Part shown: piece after piece, positions 55,030-64,000 of the stretch
Layout of the letters: every line of letters begins with the position of its first letter
How positions within the stretch are numbered: the stretch's first letter is position 1
Assembly: GCA_951406725.2 (NCBI GenBank)
Contig: OX597830.1
Location: forward strand, 19,964,001-20,028,000
DNA from: Octopus vulgaris
Lineage: Eukaryota
DNA: 64,000 nt
Reading direction: 5' to 3'
Program-made: the position numbers and the translations under genes
The notes under the pieces: model-generated
What the model saw: the letters and a program-made list of their open reading frames with translations, nothing else
What the model was told of the DNA's origin: nothing
Database searches by the model: none

Positions 55030-55930
55030 ATATATATGTATATTTGCCTACATAACATCCTATTAGCAAATGTACTTATGTATGTATATTCTATGGGTAT
55101 TGGGGTATCACTACCTTTTATTGTATATTTCTTATTTAGTGCGGGGCATGTTTCATTTATGAGGACGTACATCTGTATTTGTCTGAGTGATGAGTCCTTC
55201 AGGTACTTGAGTAAAAATGTCAAGTCGGTCCAGTTTGCCTTCATGTTGGTCTTTGACATCTTGGTAGAGTATGGAGGACTGTTTTTGTCGTCATATGTCT
55301 CAAGTGTGCATTTAATCTCTCGGCAATACTTCTAGATGTTTCTCCATGGTATGCCGTGTTCTTGTCTTTACAAGCACCCTCTATGCACTTTATGCTGTAG
55401 ACTACATTTCTAGTTCTACAGTTAATGCCAAGGTTAATCTTACCACGCAATTTTTATTAGTGCATGTGGTATTTTCGAATGGGTACGTTTCACATAACTG
55501 CAATCTGATGGAGCTTCCTGGCTTCTCAACGTTCTTAATGTTGAATTTGGTCTCCTTCACAACTTTCCTAAATCTACGGGCTAGTTCTCCATGGGTGGGT
55601 GACCTCTCCAAACATCACGCCTTGATATTTGTCAGCCCTGTACCTTGTGTTTACTTTGTTTGCTTTGTCACAAACTCTCTGTATTCTATTCCAGTCTTTA
55701 CCTCTGTATCTAGGGCGAATACCACTGTCTTCATTACACATAGCGCTATCTAACTTCTTTCTAGCTTCTCTTTATACACGAATCTTATCTTTCTGGTCAT
55801 ATCCAGAGAATTGCATGCAGTGCATGAAGTTCTGTACATGTTTCCTCGTTTCATAGGGTTTACGTTGGAGAGACACATTATTCATTATCCTAATTAAGTC
55901 TGCTATCAGTATTTTATTTTCGTTTTCTAA
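55030..55930 (-). mobile_element. Penelope-like element remnant (RT thumb, Cys-rich linker, GIY-YIG endonuclease), Neptune-like
   Basis: ILIADLIRIMNNVS..FMHCMQFSGY; PTHGELARRF..VEKPGSSI..CTNKNC; CRTRNVVYSIKC..C..AYHGETSRSIAERLNAH; frameshifted. Confidence 0.88.
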
Positions 55931-56076
55931 TTATTCGCTTTATTCGCATGTGCAACGACATGGTTGCTAACAAGAAAAAACGCTCCATTATTAGAATTTA
56001 CATAATAACAACAACGGTAAAAGTTATGTATGAATTTTAAGAAAAGTCATGCAAATTTTTATTGTTCCCTTTTCAG

Positions 56077-56541
56077 CAGTGTGTCTCAACCATTTTTCTA
56101 CCTATGGACCCCTTTTACTCAGGTGGACACTCGATAATTAGAAAACCATATATTTTTATAATTAAATATTATCAGGAATTGTATAATATTATTTGTTAAA
56201 ACATTTTGTGCTTTGTAGAAGTATATCCAATTTATTGTACATAAATTTAAACAAATTCTTGTCTCAAGTGTGCATTTAATCGCTCGACTATACTTCTAGA
56301 TGTTTCTCCATGGTATCCCATGTTCTTGTCTTTACAAGCACCCTGTATGCACTTTATGCTGTAGACTACATTTCTAGTTCTACAGTTAATGCCAAGGTTA
56401 ATCTTACCATGTAATTTTTATTCGTACACGTGGTATTTTTGAATGGGTACGTTTACATAATTGTGATCTTGGGGGTCCATATATCCCCTAAGAGATATAT
56501 GGACCCCTAAGGGCCATATGGGCCCCGGTTAGGAACCACTA
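56077..56541. mobile_element. hAT-like MITE containing about 210 bp copied from the Penelope GIY-YIG region
   Basis: Ends cagtgtgtctcaacc / ggttaggaaccacta with subterminal atggacccc motifs; 56260-56469 is colinear with 55296-55506; no clear 8-bp TSD. Confidence 0.65.
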
Positions 56542-56663
56542 GTTTGCACGTTGTATTTGCTGAGTCAGCGTTAGGTAGTCCTTGGTTTTGGTTGTAAAAC
56601 CTCAGTTTTCCGAAACTGCCTCTTAGTAACATGACATAACCAAGGTCACCAGTAAATATGGGT

Positions 56664-56825
56664 ACAGGTGGTGGCTATGTGGCAAGCTGTTTGCTTCCTA
56701 TCCACATGGTTCCGGGTTCAGTCTCACTGCGTGGAACCTTGGGAAAGCATCTTTTACTCTAGTCCCGGGCCAACCAAAATCCTTGTGAGCGGATTTGGCA
56801 GACGGAAACCGAAAGAAACCCGTCG

Positions 56826-56875
<50 letters not shown>

Positions 56876-57215
56876 GTGCGCGCGTGCGTCTGTGTGCGTG
56901 TGTGTGTGTGCTGCGTGTGTGTGTGTGCGTGTGTGTGCGTGTGTGTGTGTGTGTGTGTGCGTGTATATGTGAATGTGTGTCTTTGTGTTTGTTCGCCACC
57001 ATCACTTGACAACTGGGTTGGGTTTTTTACGTCCCCATTGCTTAACAGTTTGGCAAAATTGACCGCTAGAATATGCACAAGGCTTTTTTCTTTTTTTTTA
57101 AAAAAAAGTTCTGGGTTCGATTTGTTCGCCTCAAAAACACTTCAAGGCGGTGCCCCAGAATGGCCGGAGTCCAATGACAGAGATAACTAAAAGATGAAAG
57201 AAACGATAAAAGATA
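56664..57215 (+). mobile_element. Full-length SINE family B
   Basis: Family consensus with an expanded internal (TA)/(TG) tract. Confidence 0.88.
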
Positions 57216-57684
57216 TAAATGTACAATCTAGGTGGAGATGCTGTAGGTTCCGAAAGAGTTCTCCATAAATATTATCTTTCTTAATGTTTTCGAAAGAAAG
57301 CTTAACATCTGCTGCGTAGTTGATCTCTATAACTACAAATATTATTTTCTGTCCCAAACGACTATTTTAATCTTAATGGAAATTTTGATGAGTATGTTGA
57401 AGATATACTTGTCTGAGAAAGGATTTGATCTGTGACCGTGGGTTAAAAGTAAAATGATTAAAGCGTGAAAGATCACAGTCTGCAGCAGTTACACACAGCC
57501 GTCTGAAGTGAGCCTAAAGCTCTGTCCAAGGATATATGGCTACGGCGTGACGTCACCCGAACTATAGTTATATTAGCCATTTGAAGCACAGAAACTATTA
57601 AGTCCATTTAAATGTTTATAATTTCGTGTCATTTTTGAAACAAACAACAAAAAAAAAAAAGAATTCTGATACCGAATTTACTGG

Positions 57685-58008
57685 TACTCCGTCAGTTACG
57701 ACGACGAGGGTTCCAGTTGATCCGATCAACAGAACAGCCTGCTCGTGAAATTAATGCGCAAGTGACTGAGCACTCCACAGACACGTCACGTGTACCCTTA
57801 AGCTAGTTCTGAGGGAGATTCAGCATGACAAAGAATGTAACAAGGCTGGCCTTTTTGAATTACAGGTACAGCTGAATTTTGCCAAGTGAGTGGACTGGAG
57901 CAACGTGAAATAAAGTGTCTTGCTGAAGGACAGAACGTTCCACCGGGGATCGAACTCATGACCATACGATTATAAAGCGAATACCCTAACCACTAAGCTA
58001 CACGTGCC
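57685..58008 (-). mobile_element. SINE related to family C (long body)
   Basis: gagtggactggagcaacgtgaaataaagtgtcttgct..gggatcgaactc..accctaaccactaagc; a decayed body fragment also lies near 59000-59160. Confidence 0.8.
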
Positions 58009-58139
58009 TTTTACTTGACGCCAAACAATACTATGATTAAATGAATTTAAGATTTTGATTGTTTTTAAATGCCTAATATGTGTGTTGCTCGTTGTATTTG
58101 CTTTGGTGGAAATGTTTTGCCAATATTCTTTATTTTGGA

Positions 58140-58620
58140 ACCTACGTGCGGTGTGTCTCCATGCTGCCACTTTTTTTATGAACTGAGTCTTAGTCTCAAT
58201 TCAGACGGCTATGTGAAGCCACAGGAGAGTGTGATCAAATCCTGTCTGGAAAGGGTTGCTGCTGGAACGCCATATATTCGACCCCTTACCATACGTCCAG
58301 TAAGAGCCATGTATTACTGTATGTGAGGCGCAGTTGAGAAAGATGCCAACCGGATTTTTCCGAGATGGTGGCCAAGACCAAGGAGGTATTCGAAGATCTT
58401 CCCAGAAATACAGCGAAAAACGCATGCGTCAGGTTCCGGAGCCGTTTTGAAGCCATGGCGGAAGCTGAGTGCGGCGAGATGGAGTAAACTGTTATTTCCC
58501 AGCCACAATCTAGTTGATATGTTTTGATTTTTTTTAAATACTTATTTATGATTTTTGGATGAGATAAGGTGTTTTCTTTTCCTTTTATGCAAACTCTCAA
58601 ACTTAACCCGAATAACAAGT
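58140..58620 (+). mobile_element. Tc1/mariner transposase remnant (maT/DD37D-like C-terminus), internally deleted
   Basis: LNSDGYVK..ESVIKSCLERVAAGTPYI and YYCM*GAVEKDANR..AKTKEVFEDLPRNTAKNACVRFRSRFEAMAEAECG; subfamily assignment is from memory. Confidence 0.75.
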
Positions 58621-59444
58621 ATGTACTCAACATACGGAATATTTTCCACGTTTTTTCCAGGATTTTCTTTCCAGTGGATGTTTTGTATTGTATTTCAGCA
58701 ACATCCTGTTGCATTGAAAATTTGTACCTTCCGAGAGCAGTACCTTCCGCAGAAATGTAACGCGTTTGATATTTTCGGTTGCATCTTCGGTGTTTAAATG
58801 CTACACTCTGACTTGTTTCTTTGGGTATTTCTTTTAGCGCCCTTCTTTTGCGTTGCAAAACCATAATTTTCAAAATGTGACGTAATGTAACGGACACATA
58901 TCAAGGAAAAGCAACTCCTCGTGTCGATTTTAGCATCATCCTTAATTTTACTGACAACATAAGTAAGCGAAAGTGTAAGTCGGTCAAATGGATTGTATCT
59001 GTAATGCAAAGGACTAGCTTCGTCACACTCTCGTTATATCGTACTGACCCTAATTGAAAATTACTTTAAAGATATTCGTGTCTGCGGAATACTCAATCAC
59101 TTCACATGCCAAGTCAGTGAGTAAGTTTTCCTGATGATCGATCAACTGAACACTCATTACAGAGGTCTTGAAACAAAATGTCTCAATATTTCAAAATTTA
59201 AAATATTTTGCTCTACAGCTGTTTCCATGACATATACGTAAAAATCATCAGCTATAAAATTATTACTTGACAAATAATTAATTTAGTTGTATGTGATGAT
59301 GTAAACTGGTTAAGTAATAAGTAAAAATTGTTTTTCATAATTTAGATCGTTTCCATAATGAGTTTTTAAGTTATAGTTAATTGTGTTTTAAAACACTTTG
59401 CTACATTTTCGACATGATTGACCGCTAGGGCCAAAAGATTTCTT

Positions 59445-59600
59445 TATTCTCTCTCTGTTTATTTCCTTGCGTTCTTTTCTGTTGAAGAGCGTAGGCTCGA
59501 AACGTAAAAGATTTTCTCACCTTCACGAGCGTTAAACAACTACGCCTGTTTGTTGTTTATACACCTGTCTTCGTCTTTAGTTTTTCTGTAAATTTCAACT
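59445..59600 (+). mobile_element. Short repeat with variant hammerhead-like motif, copy 2 of 3
   Basis: tttCTGTTGAagagcgtaggctcGAAACGTAaaag at 59476-59510. Confidence 0.75.
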
Positions 59601-59679
59601 ATATAGATATATACATACATACATACATACATACATACATACATACATACATACATACATACATACATACATGTATATA

Positions 59680-60435
<756 letters not shown>

Positions 60436-60901
60436 AAATAAATAAATAAATAAATATATATATATATATATATATAAAAATAAAAAGAAAGAAATAGAGA
60501 GAGAGAGATGTGGGGAGAAAGGTGATGGCTAAAGTTGCAATATAAAGACGCAGTCAAGTCGCAAAATGTGTTATATACCTCATTCTGATTCTGCTCCAGG
60601 CTTACATAAGAGATACAAGCATCTACGGAATACTCATCCACTTATATGTTGATTGAGTAAGTATGTAGTTCCGCTGGTTAAACAACTGGTGTACACGTCG
60701 TCGAAAGTGACGGAAGATCCATTTTGTAAAATTCGTAGGAGGATGAAAAAGATGATGAAGAAGCTCTTGGACGGAAGCAGATGAGGCGTAGGCAGAGGAA
60801 TCGATAATTTGAAGATCGATTTTATTGAACTAAGTTCTCGACTAGGACACTTCAGCCTGAGATCTTCGTAGACACACCTTGCATACCAACACAAATAAAG
60901 A

Positions 60902-60934
<33 letters not shown>

Positions 60935-61089
60935 ACACACACACACACATAGACACACACATAGACACACGCTCGCATGCCCGCCCGCACATACACATAC
61001 AAGCACATGCATTTACATTCATACACACACTTTCATCAGAAATGCACTCGTGTGAACCTAATACACACACACACACACACGCATAGACG

Positions 61090-61131
<42 letters not shown>

Positions 61132-61301
61132 TATTTCAGCAATCGGTCCTTTGGATGTGTGTATGGGTATGTACATACCTATGCAGGTATATCTATGTAT
61201 GTATGTACGTACGCAGTTATGTATGTATGTGCATATGTATGTTGTTATGTATGTATGTATGTATGTATGTATGTATGTATGTATGTATGTATGTGTGTAT
61301 G

Positions 61302-61351
<50 letters not shown>

Positions 61352-61853
61352 CATATATGTATGCATGTATGTATGTACGCACGTATGCAAATATGTATAA
61401 ATCTTTGAACACAAATACGTATGTATGTATGCAGGTATGTATGTATGTATGTATGTATGTATGTATGTATGTATGTATGTATGTGTGTGTATATATATGT
61501 ATGTATGTATGATTGTAACTATGTATGTATATATGTACTGCTTATAATTCATCATATTAACACGTACCTGTATATGTGCGTATGTCTGTGTGTGTGTGTT
61601 TGTGTCTCTGTATGTGTGTGCGTGTACATGTACGGTCCTGTGTGTGCCAATATTCGCATTTGTCAACTTATTTATACAGACTGTTTGTTTATATACATAC
61701 ATGCATATTTTTATATTTCTAAGCATGCAAACTTCTATATAGACTTGCGCAGATGTACCCGTATTTACACCCGTATTCACACCCGTATTTACAATCTCAC
61801 ACACAATTACCGCACATCTTCATTACAAATATATGCATTTTTGTTTGTTTCTG

Positions 61854-61919
<66 letters not shown>

Positions 61920-62321
61920 CATATATATATATATGTATGTAAGTATGTATGTTTGTATGTATATAAACATATATCTCCAATGATGGTTGTATTAACGTGG
62001 TGGTGTGTGTATCTGTATGTGTATATATGTCTGTATGTGTATGCGTGTGTATGTGAGTGTTTGAGTGTGGCTGTGCCAGTGCAATATTCGCCATTTTCTT
62101 GCTATATACATAATATATTTCCTATTTATTGGTGTGCCTATTTTTGTTGATATCTTTCTTCGTCTTTTACGTTGCCCTTCTCAGTATGCGCAAGTGTATA
62201 CAAACACGCACTTTATATATATACATACATATACATATACACACACACATATATATATATATATACATACACACAAATATATACATTTATATTCACACAC
62301 ACACACACATGCATACGCACT

Positions 62322-62365
<44 letters not shown>

Positions 62366-62607
62366 CATTTATAGAGAAATACATACATATTTACATGAAC
62401 ACATACACAAACATGCATACATATATACGTACGTACATACACACATATAAATATAGATACACATATATTTGCATACACACACCCATATATACTGATATGC
62501 ATATATTATAAATAATATATATCAGCATATCAACTAAAATATACTCACACACAAACATATATGGAAACATATATATATATATATAAATGTATATATATGT
62601 ATGTATA

Positions 62608-62659
<52 letters not shown>

Positions 62660-63034
62660 CACACACTCACACACACATATATATATACATATATATATCA
62701 ACAATAACATATAAATGCTATGATCAAAGTGAATGTGAAGAAACATCTTCTTTTGCACAATCTCTGCGATAAACATGGCCCATTTTCTTGTAGAATCTTT
62801 GTCAGAAATCTCACTTTGATGTTTGCGATGCTGCGATATCGATGCTGCTGTGATACAGCTGCTGCTGCTGCTGCTGCTGCTGCTTGTGGTGCTGGTGCTG
62901 GTGCTGCTGGTGTTGGTGATGTAGATGCTGCTGCTGCCACTGAAGTAGGTGCTGCTTTCTTATTGCTCATAGCCTTCGTTCAAGATGTGGTTGGAAACAA
63001 ACTATCTGAACGTAAGATCGAAATATATACAGTG

Positions 63035-63106
<72 letters not shown>

Positions 63107-63131
63107 GCAAATATATATACATATATGTGTT

Positions 63132-63178
<47 letters not shown>

Positions 63179-63188
63179 GTATGAGTGC

Positions 63189-63269
<81 letters not shown>

Positions 63270-63367
63270 TGAGTGTGTGTGTGTGTGTGTATTTACAGAT
63301 AGGTATACTATAAAAACGAGATGAAATACAATATTAAAATTCATGAAATAATAACAATAATAAAGAC

Positions 63368-63444
<77 letters not shown>

Positions 63445-63696
63445 AGAGAATATCAACTAAAAGTTCTAGATACATAAATGAATATGATGGAAGCATCAAA
63501 CTTGAAATAATAAATAAACACACAAATATAGCATGAATATTCATATAATAAAAAGTTTTATGATGTTGATGATGATGATGTTGATGATTATGATGATGAT
63601 GATGATCATAATAATAACAACAGCATTATCATCATCATTACAGTCCCCACCACCACCACCACCACCACCACCACCACCACCGCCACCACCACCACC

Positions 63697-64000
63697 AAGC
63701 ACAATGCCTGAAATTTTGGGTGAGAGGATATAGTCGATTACATTGAACCCCAGTGCTCCACTGGTATTTACTTCATCGACCCCCGAAAGGATGAAAGGCA
63801 AAGTCGACCTCGGCAGAATTTTAACTCAGTACATAAAGACGGACAAAAATGCCGCTGAGCTTTTAGTCCGGCGGGCAAACGATTCCGCCTGCTCGCTGTC
63901 TTAATAAAAACAACAATAATCATTTCTACTCAAAGCACAAATCCTGAAATTGTAGGGGAAGGGGTTTAGTCGATTACATCAACCCCAGTGTTTCACTGGT
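63697..64000 (-). mobile_element. Two family A SINEs (63697-63902, and 63921 to the window end)
   Basis: gaccccgaaaggatgaaaggcaaagtcgacctcggc core, plus a second tail running off the window. Confidence 0.85.

Noticed and set aside
60735-60810. Possible terminal exon EDEKDDEEALGRKQMRRRQRNR*
   Set aside because: Weak acceptor without a pyrimidine tract, no recognisable homology and no partner exons.

Overview
Eukaryotic, AT-rich, non-genic (intergenic or intronic) DNA. The extreme microsatellite density and the SINE families suggest an octopus/coleoid cephalopod genome (inference from repeat content, not proven). No intact host gene is supported, and nearly all ORF-track entries are translations of (TA)n, (TATG)n, (CA)n, (TAA)n, (CAC)n or (CTAT)n repeats. 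Real coding signal is limited to dead transposon fragments: two RTE-type LINE 3' portions ending in three C2H2 zinc fingers (12783-13612, 23900-25590), two R4/Dong-type LINE 3' ends at (TAA)n tracts, a Penelope-like RT-thumb/GIY-YIG remnant, and five Tc1/mariner remnants or MITEs. More than 30 tRNA-derived SINE copies from about four families are also present. The most interesting signals are non-coding. (1) A 1.17-kb (TA)n-flanked element carries a type I hammerhead ribozyme motif (15573-15659), and its 3' end recurs at 110/111 identity 39 kb away. (2) A three-copy ~150-bp repeat carries a variant-core minimal hammerhead. (3) One LINE end is folded into a 186-bp-arm hairpin. (4) A hAT-like MITE contains a copy of the neighbouring Penelope endonuclease sequence. 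All alignments and folds were done by eye, so boundaries are approximate unless stated.
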